Positions 19,794 through 33,891 of a stretch of DNA of 41,286 nucleotides are shown here, one piece after another. The notes under the pieces are model-generated. The model was not told the origin of the DNA, made no database searches, and saw only the letters and a list, made by a program, of their open reading frames with translations. The first letter of the stretch is position 1. The number at the start of each line of letters is the position of its first letter. The stretch spans positions 1 to 41,286 of the forward strand of contig JAUCBJ010007498.1 in the NCBI GenBank assembly GCA_032718475.1, read 5' to 3'. The position numbers and the translations under genes were made by a program. This DNA is from Nemertoderma westbladi. Taxonomy: Eukaryota > Animalia > Xenacoelomorpha.

Positions 19794-20527
19794 ATCTTTC
19801 AGTTGCGAGAGTAAACCGCTTGTGGTCGCAACTCTTACAAGCGTCTTCGCAGTAGGTCGCCGTTGGTTGATTACCTTCCGCCGACCTTGTCAGCATGTCT
19901 AGCCGTTGGTTGATTACCTTCCGCCTATCCATGGCCTACAGCCCTGCTGCTGACTCTAGGGGACCTTTTGTTACACCCTGAACCAAGTGTGCCTCATGGG
20001 TTAGGATACCTAACATTGGTAAAGGAGCATCCAGTATAGACTGAGGGGCATTGCAGATGTATGCTCAAGCCTTTGCCTTCAATGGTGCCCTAGGCGCTAT
20101 AGCCCTCAATGACTTATTTAGGTGATGGGGCTAACCAACCCACTCTTGATCAACTAAATAATGAATATGCTATGCTTATCGGGCCTGCCCTACTGGGCTG
20201 ACAGCTACAGGTAGTACCACATTACTGCCATACATAGTGGTAGCAGGATCTGGGGACCCTGACCTGACACTATTTAATTAGCTAATTCTAAGGAATCACC
20301 ATTAAATACCCAAACCAGTCATTTTGCGAAATAAACAATAAGCAAGCTGTCTTATTATCGTAGTCTGTCTCCTTTTGATGCTTGTTCTATAGATGTAATT
20401 ACCCCCCCCCCCCCCCCTGCCCCTCCCCCACTTTCTAAATGTACGATGTCACCATTATTCCATTACAATTTACAGAGTCTCACTTCCCTATCTTTACTAT
20501 TGACCTTATTACTTTTATTATTTATTG

Positions 20528-23500
20528 CAGTCTGTTGCTGTTCATATATTATGTTACCATACTTCACACAGGTCTAGTCCCCCAGTCTGTTGCTGTTCAT
20601 ATATTATGTTACCATACTTCACACAGGTCTAGTCCCCCAGTCTGTTGCTGTTCATATATTATGTTACCATACTTCACACAGGTCTAGTCCCCCAGTCTGT
20701 TGCTGTTCATATATTATGTTACCATACTTCACACAGGTCTAGTCCCCCAGTCTGTTGCTGTTCATATATTATCTTACCATACTTCACACAGGTCTAGTCC
20801 CCCAGTCTGTTGCTGTTCATATAATATGTTACCATACTTCACACAGGTCTAGTCCCCCAGTCTGTTGCTGTTCATATAATATGTTACCATACTTCACACA
20901 GGTCTAGTCCCCCAGTCTGTTGCTGTTCATATATTATGTTACCATACTTCACACAGGTCTAGTCCCCCAGTCTGTTGCTGTTCATATATTATCTTACCAT
21001 ACTTCACACAGGTCTAGTCCCCCAGTCTGTTGCTGTTCATATATTATGTTACCATACTTCACACAGGTCTAGTCCCCCAGTCTGTTGCTGTTCATATATT
21101 ATCTTACCATACTTCACACAGGTCTAGTCCCCCAGTCTGTTGCTGTTCATATAATATGTTACCATACTTCACACAGGTCTAGTCCCCCAGTCTGTTGCTG
21201 TTCATATAATATGTTACCATACTTCACACAGGTCTAGTCCCCCAGTCTGTTGCTGTTCATATATTATGTTACCATACTTCACACAGGTCTAGTTCCCCAG
21301 TCTGTTGCTGTTCATATATTATGTTACCATACTTCACACAGGTCTAGTCTCCCAGTCTGTTGCTGTTCATATATTATGTTACCATACTTCACACAGGTCT
21401 AGTCTCCCAGTCTGTTGCTGTTCATATATTATGTTACCATACTTCACACAGGTCTAGTCCCCCAGTCTGTTGCTGTTCATATATTATGTTACCATACTTC
21501 ACACAGGTCTAGTCCCCCAGTCTGTTGCTCTTCACACAGGTCTAGTCCCCCAGTCTGTTGCTGTTCATATATTATGTTACCATACTTCACACAGGTCTAG
21601 TCCCCAAGTCTGTTGCTGTTCATATATTATGTTACCATACTTCACACAGGTCTAGTCCCCCAGTCTGTTGCTGTTCATATATTATGTTACCATACTTCAC
21701 ACAGGTCTAGTCCCCCAGTCTGTTGCTGTTCACACAGGTCTAGTCCCCCAGTCTGTTGCTGTTCATATATTATGTTACCATACTTCACACAGGTCTAGTC
21801 TCCCAGTCTGTTGCTGTTCATATATTATGTTACCATACTTCACACAGGTCTAGTCCCCCAGTCTGTTGCTGTTCATATATTATGTTACCATACTTCACAC
21901 AGGTCTAGTCTCCCAGTCTGTTGCTGTTCATATATTATGTTACCATACTTCACACAGGTCTAGTCCCCCAGTCTGTTGCTGTTCATATATTATGTTACCA
22001 TACTTCACACAGGTCTAGTCCCCCAGTCTGTTGCTGTTCATATATTATGTTACCATACTTCACACAGGTCTAGTCCCCCAGTCTGTTGCTCTTCATATAT
22101 TATGTTACCATACTTCACACAGGTCTAGTCCCCCAGTCTGTTGCTGTTCATATAATATGTTACCATACTTCACACAGGTCTAGTCCCCCAGTCTGTTGCT
22201 GTTCATATATTATGTTACCATACTTCACACAGGTCTAGTCCCCCAGTCTGTTGCTGTTCATATATTATGTTACCATACTTCACACAGGTCTAGTCCCCCA
22301 GTCTGTTGCTGTTCATATATTATGTTACCATACTTCACACAGGTCTAGTCCCCCAGTCTGTTGCTCTTCACACAGGTCTAGTCCCCCAGTCTGTTGCTCT
22401 TCACACAGGTCTAGTCCCCCAGTCTGTTGCTGTTCATATATTATGTTACCATACTTCACACAGGTCTAGTCCCCCAGTCTGTTGCTGTTCATATATTATG
22501 TTACCATACTTCACACAGGTCTAGTCCCCCAGTCTGTTGCTATTCACACAGGTCTAGTCCCCCAGTCTGTTGCTGTTCATATATTATGTTACCATACTTC
22601 ACACAGGTCTAGTCCCCCAGTCTGTTGCTGTTCATATATTATGTTACCATACTTCACACAGGTCTAGTCCCCCAGTCTGTTGCTGTTCACACAGGTCTAG
22701 TCCCCCAGTCTGTTGCTATTCACACAGGTCTAGTCCCCCAGTCTGTTGCTGTTCATATATTATGTTACCATACTTCACACAGGTCTAGTCCCCCAGTCTG
22801 TTGCTGTTCATATATTATGTTACCATACTTCACACAGGTCTAGTCCCCCAGTCTGTTGCTGTTCATATATTATGTTACCATACTTCACACAGGTCTAGTC
22901 CCCCAGTCTGTTGCTGTTCATATATTATGTTACCATACTTCACACAGGTCTAGTCCCCCAGTCTGTTGCTGTTCATATATTATGTTACCATACTTCACAC
23001 AGGTCTAGTCCCCCAGTCTGTTGCTGTTCATATATTATGTTACCATACTTCACACAGGTCTAGTCCCCCAGTCTGTTGCTGTTCATATATTATGTTACCA
23101 TACTTCACACAGGTCTAGTCCCCCAGTCTGTTGCTGTTCATATATTATGTTACCATACTTCACACAGGTCTAGTCCCCCAGTCTGTTGCTGTTCTTATAT
23201 TATGTTACCATACTTCACACAGGTCTAGTCCCCCAGTCTGTTGCTGTTCATATATTATGTTACCATACTTCACACAGGTCTAGTCCCCCAGTCTGTTGCT
23301 GTTCATATATTATGTTACCATACTTCACACAGGTCTAGTCCCCCAGTCTGTTGCTGTTCATATATTATGTTACCATACTTCACACAGGTCTAGTCCCCCA
23401 GTCTGTTGCTGTTCATATATTATGTTACCATACTTCACACAGGTCTAGTCCCCCAGTCTGTTGCTGTTCATATATTATGTTACCATACTTCACACAGGTC

Positions 23501-26500
23501 TAGTCCCCCAGTCTGTTGCTGTTCATATATTATGTTACCATACTTCACACAGGTCTAGTCTCCCAGTCTGTTGCTGTTCATATATTATGTTACCATACTT
23601 CACACAGGTCTAGTCTCCCAGTCTGTTGCTGTTCATATATTATGTTACCATACTTCACACAGGTCTAGTCCCCCAGTCTGTTGCTGTTCATATATTATGT
23701 TACCATACTTCACACAGGTCTAGTCCCCCAGTCTGTTGCTGTTCATATATTATGTTACCATACTTCACACAGGTCTAGTCCCCCAGTCTGTTGCTCTTCA
23801 CACAGGTCTAGTCCCCCAGTCTGTTGCTGTTCATATATTATGTTACCATACTTCACACAGGTCTAGTCTCCCAGTCTGTTGCTGTTCATATATTATGTTA
23901 CCATACTTCACACAGGTCTAGTCCCCCAGTCTGTTGCTGTTCATATATTATGTTACCATACTTCACACAGGTCTAGTCTCCCAGTCTGTTGCTGTTCATA
24001 TATTATGTTACCATACTTCACACAGGTCTAGTCCCCCAGTCTGTTGCTGTTCATATATTATGTTACCATACTTCACACAGGTCTAGTCCCCCAGTCTGTT
24101 GCTGTTCATATATTATGTTACCATACTTCACACAGGTCTAGTCCCCCAGTCTGTTGCTGTTCATATATTATGTTACCATACTTCACACAGGTCTAGTCCC
24201 CCAGTCTGTTGCTCTTCACACAGGTCTAGTCCCCCAGTCTGTTGCTGTTCATATATTATGTTACCATACTTCACACAGGTCTAGTCTCCCAGTCTGTTGC
24301 TGTTCATATATTATGTTACCATACTTCACACAGGTCTAGTCCCCCAGTCTGTTGCTGTTCATATATTATGTTACCATACTTCACACAGGTCTAGTCTCCC
24401 AGTCTGTTGCTGTTCATATATTATGTTACCATACTTCACACAGGTCTAGTCCCCCAGTCTGTTGCTGTTCATATATTATGTTACCATACTTCACACAGGT
24501 CTAGTCCCCCAGTCTGTTGCTGTTCATATATTATGTTACCATACTTCACACAGGTCTAGTCCCCCAGTCTGTTGCTGTTCATATATTATGTTACCATACT
24601 TCACACAGGTCTAGTCCCCCAGTCTGTTGCTCTTCACACAGGTCTAGTCCCCCAGTCTGTTGCTGTTCATATATTATGTTACCATACTTCACACAGGTCT
24701 AGTCTCCCAGTCTGTTGCTGTTCATATATTATGTTACCATACTTCACACAGGTCTAGTCCCCCAGTCTGTTGCTGTTCATATATTATGTTACCATACTTC
24801 ACACAGGTCTAGTCTCCCAGTCTGTTGCTGTTCATATATTATGTTACCATACTTCACACAGGTCTAGTCCCCCAGTCTGTTGCTGTTCATATATTATGTT
24901 ACCATACTTCACACAGGTCTAGTCCCCCAGTCTGTTGCTGTTCATATATTATGTTACCATACTTCACACAGGTCTAGTCCCCCAGTCTGTTGCTGTTCAT
25001 ATATTATGTTACCATACTTCACACAGGTCTAGTCCCCCAGTCTGTTGCTCTTCACACAGGTCTAGTCCCCCAGTCTGTTGCTGTTCATATATTATGTTAC
25101 CATACTTCACACAGGTCTAGTCCCCCAGTCTGTTGCTGTTCATATATTATGTTACCATACTTCACACAGGTCTAGTCCCCCAGTCTGTTGCTGTTCATAT
25201 ATTATGTTACCATACTTCACACAGGTCTAGTCCCCCAGTCTGTTGCTGTTCATATATTATGTTACCATACTTCACACAGGTCTAGTCCCCCAGTCTGTTG
25301 CTGTTCATATATTATGTTACCATACTTCACACAGGTCTAGTCCCCCAGTCTGTTGCTCTTCACACAGGTCTAGTCCCCCAGTCTGTTGCTGTTCATATAT
25401 TATGTTACCATACTTCACACAGGTCTAGTCCCCCAGTCTGTTGCTGTTCATATATTATGTTACCATACTTCACACAGGTCTAGTCCCCCAGTCTGTTGCT
25501 GTTCATATATTATGTTACCATACTTCACACAGGTCTAGTCCCCCAGTCTGTTGCTGTTCATATATTATGTTACCATACTTCACACAGGTCTAGTCCCCCA
25601 GTCTGTTGCTATTCACACAGGTCTAGTCCCCCAGTCTGTTGCTGTTCATATATTATGTTACCATACTTCACACAGGTCTAGTCCCCCAGTCTGTTGCTGT
25701 TCATATATTATGTTACCATACTTCACACAGGTCTAGTCCCCCAGTCTGTTGCTGTTCATATATTATGTTACCATACTTCACACAGGTCTAGTCCCCCAGT
25801 CTGTTGCTGTTCATATATTATGTTACCATACTTCACACAGGTCTAGTCCCCCAGTCTGTTGCTCTTCACACAGGTCTAGTCCCCCAGTCTGTTGCTCTTC
25901 ACACAGGTCTAGTCCCCCAGTCTGTTGCTGTTCATATATTATGTTACCATACTTCACACAGGTCTAGTCCCCCAGTCTGTTGCTGTTCATATATTATGTT
26001 ACCATACTTCACACAGGTCTAGTCCCCCAGTCTGTTGCTATTCACACAGGTCTAGTCCCCCAGTCTGTTGCTGTTCATATATTATGTTACCATACTTCAC
26101 ACAGGTCTAGTCCCCCAGTCTGTTGCTGTTCATATATTATGTTACCATACTTCACACAGGTCTAGTCCCCCAGTCTGTTGCTGTTCATATATTATGTTAC
26201 CATACTTCACACAGGTCTAGTCCCCCAGTCTGTTGCTATTCACACAGGTCTAGTCCCCCAGTCTGTTGCTGTTCATATATTATGTTACCATACTTCACAC
26301 AGGTCTAGTCCCCCAGTCTGTTGCTGTTCATATATTATGTTACCATACTTCACACAGGTCTAGTCCCCCAGTCTGTTGCTGTTCATATATTATGTTACCA
26401 TACTTCACACAGGTCTAGTCCCCCAGTCTGTTGCTGTTCATATATTATGTTACCATACTTCACACAGGTCTAGTCCCCCAGTCTGTTGCTGTTCATATAT

Positions 26501-29500
26501 TATGTTACCATACTTCACACAGGTCTAGTCCCCCAGTCTGTTGCTGTTCATATATTATGTTACCATACTTCACACAGGTCTAGTCCCCCAGTCTGTTGCT
26601 GTTCATATATTATGTTACCATACTTCACACAGGTCTAGTCCCCCAGTCTGTTGCTGTTCATATATTATGTTACCATACTTCACACAGGTCTAGTCCCCCA
26701 GTCTGTTGCTGTTCATATATTATGTTACCATACTTCACACAGGTCTAGTCCCCCAGTCTGTTGCTGTTCATATATTATGTTACCATACTTCACACAGGTC
26801 TAGTCCCCCAGTCTGTTGCTGTTCATATATTATGTTACCATACTTCACACAGGTCTAGTCCCCCAGTCTGTTGCTGTTCATATATTATGTTACCATACTT
26901 CACACAGGTCTAGTCCCCCAGTCTGTTGCTGTTCATATATTATGTTACCATACTTCACACAGGTCTAGTCCCCCAGTCTGTTGCTGTTCATATATTATGT
27001 TACCATACTTCACACAGGTCTAGTCCCCCAGTCTGTTGCTGTTCATATATTATGTTACCATACTTCACACAGGTCTAGTCCCCCAGTCTGTTGCTGTTCA
27101 TATATTATGTTACCATACTTCACACAGGTCTAGTCCCCCAGTCTGTTGCTGTTCATATATTATGTTACCATACTTCACACAGGTCTAGTCCCCCAGTCTG
27201 TTGCTGTTCATATATTATGTTACCATACTTCACACAGGTCTAGTCCCCCAGTCTGTTGCTGTTCATATATTATGTTACCATACTTCACACAGGTCTAGTC
27301 CCCCAGTCTGTTGCTGTTCATATATTATGTTACCATACTTCACACAGGTCTAGTCCCCCAGTCTGTTGCTGTTCATATATTATGTTACCATACTTCACAC
27401 AGGTCTAGTCCCCCAGTCTGTTGCTGTTCATATATTATGTTACCATACTTCACACAGGTCTAGTCCCCCAGTCTGTTGCTGTTCATATATTATGTTACCA
27501 TACTTCACACAGGTCTAGTCCCCCAGTCTGTTGCTGTTCATATATTATGTTACCATACTTCACACAGGTCTAGTCCCCCAGTCTGTTGCTGTTCATATAT
27601 TATGTTACCATACTTCACACAGGTCTAGTCCCCCAGTCTGTTGCTGTTCATATATTATGTTACCATACTTCACACAGGTCTAGTCCCCCAGTCTGTTGCT
27701 GTTCATATATTATGTTACCATACTTCACACAGGTCTAGTCCCCCAGTCTGTTGCTGTTCATATATTATGTTACCATACTTCACACAGGTCTAGTCCCCCA
27801 GTCTGTTGCTGTTCATATATTATGTTACCATACTTCACACAGGTCTAGTCCCCCAGTCTGTTGCTGTTCATATATTATGTTACCATACTTCACACAGGTC
27901 TAGTCCCCCAGTCTGTTGCTGTTCATATATTATGTTACCATACTTCACACAGGTCTAGTCCCCCAGTCTGTTGCTGTTCATATATTATGTTACCATACTT
28001 CACACAGGTCTAGTCCCCCAGTCTGTTGCTGTTCATATATTATGTTACCATACTTCACACAGGTCTAGTCCCCCAGTCTGTTGCTGTTCATATATTATGT
28101 TACCATACTTCACACAGGTCTAGTCCCCCAGTCTGTTGCTGTTCATATATTATGTTACCATACTTCACACAGGTCTAGTCCCCCAGTCTGTTGCTGTTCA
28201 TATATTATGTTACCATACTTCACACAGGTCTAGTCCCCCAGTCTGTTGCTCTTCACACAGGTCTAGTCCCCCAGTCTGTTGCTGTTCATATATTATGTTA
28301 CCATACTTCACACAGGTCTAGTCCCCCAGTCTGTTGCTGTTCATATATTATGTTACCATACTTCACACAGGTCTAGTCCCCCAGTCTGTTGCTGTTCATA
28401 TATTATGTTACCATACTTCACACAGGTCTAGTCCCCCAGTCTGTTGCTGTTCATATATTATGTTACCATACTTCACACAGGTCTAGTCCCCCAGTCTGTT
28501 GCTGTTCATATATTATGTTACCATACTTCACACAGGTCTAGTCCCCCAGTCTGTTGCTGTTCATATATTATGTTACCATACTTCACACAGGTCTAGTCCC
28601 CCAGTCTGTTGCTGTTCATATATTATGTTACCATACTTCACACAGGTCTAGTCCCCCAGTCTGTTGCTGTTCATATATTATGTTACCATACTTCACACAG
28701 GTCTAGTCCCCCAGTCTGTTGCTGTTCATATATTATGTTACCATACTTCACACAGGTCTAGTCCCCCAGTCTGTTGCTGTTCATATATTATGTTACCATA
28801 CTTCACACAGGTCTAGTCCCCCAGTCTGTTGCTGTTCATATATTATGTTACCATACTTCACACAGGTCTAGTCCCCCAGTCTGTTGCTGTTCATATATTA
28901 TGTTACCATACTTCACACAGGTCTAGTCCCCCAGTCTGTTGCTGTTCATATATTATGTTACCATACTTCACACAGGTCTAGTCCCCCAGTCTGTTGCTGT
29001 TCATATATTATGTTACCATACTTCACACAGGTCTAGTCCCCCAGTCTGTTGCTGTTCATATATTATGTTACCATACTTCACACAGGTCTAGTCCCCCAGT
29101 CTGTTGCTGTTCATATATTATGTTACCATACTTCACACAGGTCTAGTCCCCCAGTCTGTTGCTGTTCATATATTATGTTACCATACTTCACACAGGTCTA
29201 GTCCCCCAGTCTGTTGCTGTTCATATATTATGTTACCATACTTCACACAGGTCTAGTCCCCCAGTCTGTTGCTGTTCATATATTATGTTACCATACTTCA
29301 CACAGGTCTAGTCCCCCAGTCTGTTGCTCTTCACACAGGTCTAGTCCCCCAGTCTGTTGCTGTTCATATATTATGTTACCATACTTCACACAGGTCTAGT
29401 CCCCCAGTCTGTTGCTGTTCATATATTATGTTACCATACTTCACACAGGTCTAGTCCCCCAGTCTGTTGCTGTTCATATATTATGTTACCATACTTCACA

Positions 29501-30023
29501 CAGGTCTAGTCCCCCAGTCTGTTGCTGTTCATATATTATGTTACCATACTTCACACAGGTCTAGTCCCCCAGTCTGTTGCTGTTCATATATTATGTTACC
29601 ATACTTCACACAGGTCTAGTCCCCCAGTCTGTTGCTGTTCATATATTATGTTACCATACTTCACACAGGTCTAGTCCCCCAGTCTGTTGCTCTTCACACA
29701 GGTCTAGTCCCCGTCTGTTGCTGTTCATATATTATGTTACCATACTTCACACAGGTCTAGTCCCCCAGTCTGTTGCTGTTCATATATTATGTTACCATAC
29801 TTCAAACAGGTCTAGCCCCCCAGTCTGTTGCTGTTCATATATTATGTTACCATACTTCACACAGGTCTAGTCCCCCAGTCTGTTGCTGTTCATATATTAT
29901 GTTACCATACTTCACACAGGTCTAGTCCCCCAGTCTGTTGCTCTTCACACAGGTCTAGTCCCCCAGTCTGTTGCTCTTCACACAGGTCTAGTCCCCCAGT
30001 CTGTTGCTGTTCATATATTATGT
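20528..30023. repeat. 55-bp satellite array 1 (about 175 monomers) with interspersed 33-bp deletion monomers
   Basis: Monomer TCTGTTGCTGTTCATATATTATGTTACCATACTTCACACAGGTCTAGTCCCCCAG, near-perfect head-to-tail, with no unique spacers. Confidence 0.99.
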
Positions 30024-30719
30024 GGGGCGAGACACGTATGGCGAGCCATCAGCGAACTGATATAATTATACTATGGCCGTTTTTCAAAAGTCTGTGTGTG
30101 TGTGTGTGTGTGTGACGTGTGTGTGTGTCGGTAGCCATAAATGTCGGAAGCCATAATCTAAATTAATATGAATATTAATATGAGCGAATGATACATCGGT
30201 TAGCAAGGCAGCTAGCTACTTGCAGACCAATCATAGGTGGCCTGCAGCAGGCTGGGTTGGTTAAGTAGTAATCTCAATAAATAGGACCCAGCAGGAGAGT
30301 GGAGTGGATCTACTGTGATTGGTTCTTGACTTACATTGGTAAGAACCAGCAGTGAATCTTAGATTAGCTTTTTTCAGTTCACATATTGTTTATAATCATA
30401 AACACAAAATGATTCAATTATTCATTTTTGCAATGTACCGGATGGGTGCTAGCGAGGTAGGCCTAGCAGGTCGTCAGTCCGTCATCCTACAAGTTGGATC
30501 TTGACTCTATCATGTGCGTTCATCTATATGATGCAGACCATCCTGAGCCCGTGAACATGAATTGTAAAGGCTATCTCGAGGCTGATTATTTTACACATTT
30601 ACTTGATACTTGCATGAATGCGTCTTTGAGGTAAAATTGCATTATTCTGCAGTTGTTTTGTTATCTGAGAAATTACTGATCAGCAAGCAGGAAATTATAA
30701 CAGCATCATCGTAACCACT

Positions 30720-31260
30720 CTGCTGACACTTTGCAGAATAAATTCTACCAGACCATAGCTGCGTGTTGGGAGGACGCCGACCAGTTTGCGGTTCTTCAGT
30801 CTGCCACTAGGAGGCGAAATGTCTGAAAGTGAAAATCTTATCCTATTTTGTTATTAATAATGATTTTTAGCTGATACTTAGGTCCTTTACACAATATGTT
30901 TATAATGTTTTTTTTTGCTGATACCAAGCAGAGTATACTACACCGTAAGGGTGTGTATTTGGGCTTGGGGAGACGATGACCAATCTACAGTTCCCCAGTC
31001 TGCCGCTATTAGGGGATGAAATGTCTGAATGAGGAAACCTACAATTTTGTTGTTTATGAATGCTTTTTTGCTGATACTTGGCACTTGGCAGGCAGTCTGT
31101 CACTAGGGGGCGAAATGTCTGAAATTACAACCTTCCATTTTAATACGATAGAGTTGCTGCAGTGACCTACTGCACTACAGGTTGTTTGCGAGGACGCTGA
31201 CCACTACTCTGCAGTTATACAGTTTTCCACTAAGGGGAAAATATCACACAGTTTAAACCT
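30720..31260. repeat. Degenerate tandem repeat, about 4 copies of 100-200 bp
   Basis: Recurrent GCTGATACTT...GGACGC(C/T)GACCA...CAGTCTG(C/T)CACTAGG(A/G)GGCGAAATGTCTGAA. Confidence 0.75.
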
Positions 31261-32771
31261 TTTCCCATTTTATTATTTATCTATTACAACATAAAGCCTT
31301 ATGTTTATTATTGTATGTAGCTGCAACTAAAGCGGCATCAGTCTGTTTGTTTGAGAGAATGCTCACTTATGTAAAGTTTTGTTAAGTTAATTAATTAATT
31401 TATTTATGTTTGATATTGTCCATTGATTGATTTACTGTATAGAAGCTTGTGAACTAGAAGGTTTCTAGTGTTATATATAAATATGCATTGTCTGTCTGTG
31501 AGTCTATGAGTCTGTGAGTCTGTCCAAGCTATACGCTCCGACACACGAGCACCAATCTGAGCAAATGATCGAAAGCTCTCTTCCCGAGCACATAAACTAT
31601 CGCTATCTCGAGGCTAATTTTACTTGTTTGTTTGCGTGAATGCGTATTTTGTGTGGGGCGAGACACGAATGGCGAGCCATCAGCGAACTGATATACTGTA
31701 ATTATACTATGGCCGTTTTTCAAAAGTCTCTGTGTGTGTATGTGTGTGTGTGACAACAAGGCACGAACAAGGGCAGCCGTGCCCAATAATATTTCTTGAA
31801 GTTGTACATTACTAAAATGGCAGCTAAAGCTAAAGTCATTGACCAAGCCAGTGCCTAGGCTAGCACACAAGGACATGGCCTAACCTGTAGTAGTCTAGTA
31901 GAAGGAATAGTGCTCCTTCAATACATCTCAACAGACATCAATTCATTTGCCTGTGCCTACCATAACATAACATATATGCTTGATTTCCAATCACCTCTCA
32001 CCACAATTATTATTAGTAATTAAAAGTTTCAATTCGATTTGTCTTTCCGTTATCTGGTTATTCAGTTATTGCATTATTAATAAATAAATGTTGAAAAATA
32101 TATCTTAGGCCAGTATTGGTTGACAGAAGGAGATACGCAATGCGTATCCCATTGCGCCTCATAATAGCCTCTCGTCAACAAGTCAACCCCACCGACTAGC
32201 GGCACTGGCTGTTTCAGCTGACGGGGCTCTGTCGAAAAACGCGTCCCTGATGCAGTAAGGGCCCTCTTTTGAGGAGCAATGGAGCAATATTATTATTGCC
32301 GCGGAACTGCTTCTACTCTAGGCCAGACCTAGCCAGAAGTAGAATCCTCACCAACCATCAACACGAATAGATGAATCTGACACTTGCCCCAACACACCCC
32401 CCCCCCCCCCCCCCCCCGCCCCAATGACGCAGAGGCAGACCAACAACACACCTCTTCACCTCTACCGATGTCGGAGAGTAAAATACCACGCATTATAGAA
32501 TACAGGATAAGTTTGATCCAAGCAATGCAACGAAACCTGTAAGTTAGAAAATGCATGGTCCCAATATTTGCAAAATAATTACAAAGTCCTAGTCCGAGTG
32601 GCCCACACCCGCTCAGGTGTGCCCACTGCGGATCTTCCGTAGTAAACCAATTTGGTCAGGTCAAATCCAAACATTCACTGGAGATCACCAAATGGGGCGC
32701 TATGTGAAATACCGTGCAGACACGATGATGAAATATATCTTACGAAATATGGTTAATAATTAAAACGTGTC

Positions 32772-33320
32772 GCTAACATTCTCGCTGTGGGGGTTTTAAG
32801 GGGTGCTGATTACATTTCTGATGTCAGTTTTCACGTTTACATAAATCTAGTCTGTCTGTCTGTCGGTAATTCTGTTAGTCAGTCTGTCAAAACATAAAAA
32901 ATAATTCAAATTAACTAACATTCTCGCTATGGGGGTTTTAAGGGGTGCTGATTTCATTTCTGATGTCAGTTTTCAGGTTTACATTAATCTAGTTTGTCGG
33001 ACTGTCGGTCTTTCTGTCAGTCAGTCAGTCTGTCAAAACTTTAAAAAGAATACAAACTAACTAACATTCTCGTTATGGGGGTTTTAATGGGTGCTGATTT
33101 CATTTCAGATGTCAGTTTTCACGTTTAATAAATCTAGTCTGTCTGGCTGTTGGTCTGTCGGTCTTTCTGTCAGTCAGTCTGTCAAAACTTAAGAAAGTAT
33201 ACTAACTAACCAACATTCCCGCTATGGGGGTGTTAAGGGTTGCTGATTTCATTTCTGATGTCAGTTTACACGTTTACATAAATCCAGTCTGTCTGTCTGT
33301 CGGTCTTACTGTCAGTCTGT
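32772..33320. repeat. Tandem core repeat, about 145-150 bp x4, with (GTCT)n microsatellite
   Basis: CTAACATTCTCGCTATGGGGGTTTTAAGGGGTGCTGATTTCATTTCTGATGTCAGTTTTCACGTTTAC at about 32772, 32915, 33060 and 33210. Confidence 0.92.
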
Positions 33321-33499
33321 ACTACTGTACTGTGGTTGGCATTACGCCATATACCTAACATTGATAATACAGTCTACAATAAAGCCTATCCTATCTACAG
33401 TACAGAATGGATTTTTTGCCATGAAGAGCACTAAATGTCTTTAATACTATCCACCAGTATACCTAGACCAAGAGCCTTCCAATAAAACATGTATTGCAG

Positions 33500-33572
33500 C
33501 ATGACGTCCACTGCATGTCTTAGTGTTGTCCATGGTGACATGCACTGGACGTCATAGGCTCTAAGGGGTTAA
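33500..33572. mobile_element. piggyBac-type terminus (solo end)
   Basis: Ends AAGGGG+TTAA (33569-33572), with a subterminal hairpin ATGACGTCCA-C-TGCATGTC...GACATGCA-C-TGGACGTCAT. No partner end was found. Confidence 0.5.
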
Positions 33573-33652
33573 GCAACACGGTCCCTACTTCGCCCTGTCG
33601 ACACCCCAGCCATTCTTCACCAATCCTTTTTTAGAGTTTTTAAATTTTTTTG

Positions 33653-33891
33653 TTATTGGTGAAAGTTCTAGAACATTAGTAGATATGTTCTTTATGATAG
33701 CTACCGGTAGTGTTTTTTGCTAGCTAGTATTTTTAGAAATTATAAAAAATGTGAAAGTCCATGATATTTCAGGTTAAACTGTTGAAGAATATATTAATGA
33801 CCAAAATAATTTCCAAAAATTACTAGCTAGTAAAAAATACTAGCTATATACCATAAAAAATCTACTAAGGTTCTAGAACATTCACTAATAT
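33653..33891. repeat. Imperfect inverted repeat, arms about 85-100 bp
   Basis: TATTGGTGAAAGTTCTAGAACATTAGTAGAT...CTAGCTAGTATTTTTAGAAATTAT versus ATAATTTCCAAAAATTACTAGCTAG...ATCTACTAAGGTTCTAGAACATTCACTAATA. Confidence 0.8.

Larger units (their letters stand above)
17960..20270 (-). mobile_element. RTE-clade LINE, internally deleted and frameshifted
   Basis: RT motifs: FVDFKKAFDSIHRGKM, GVLQGDTLAP, DFADDIALL, FQYLGS, RRLRFSGHC, GKRTRGR. APE motifs: IATMNACTL, ICIQEHR, GGVGILL, IAGDLNAQIG. GC-richer 5' UTR to about 20270; boundaries are approximate. Confidence 0.9.

Noticed and set aside
19780-20270. HDV-like or hammerhead ribozyme in the RTE 5' UTR
   Set aside because: Hairpins exist (AGTTGCGA/TCGCAACT followed by GAAA on the minus strand), but no CUGANGA core or HDV double pseudoknot could be built by eye.
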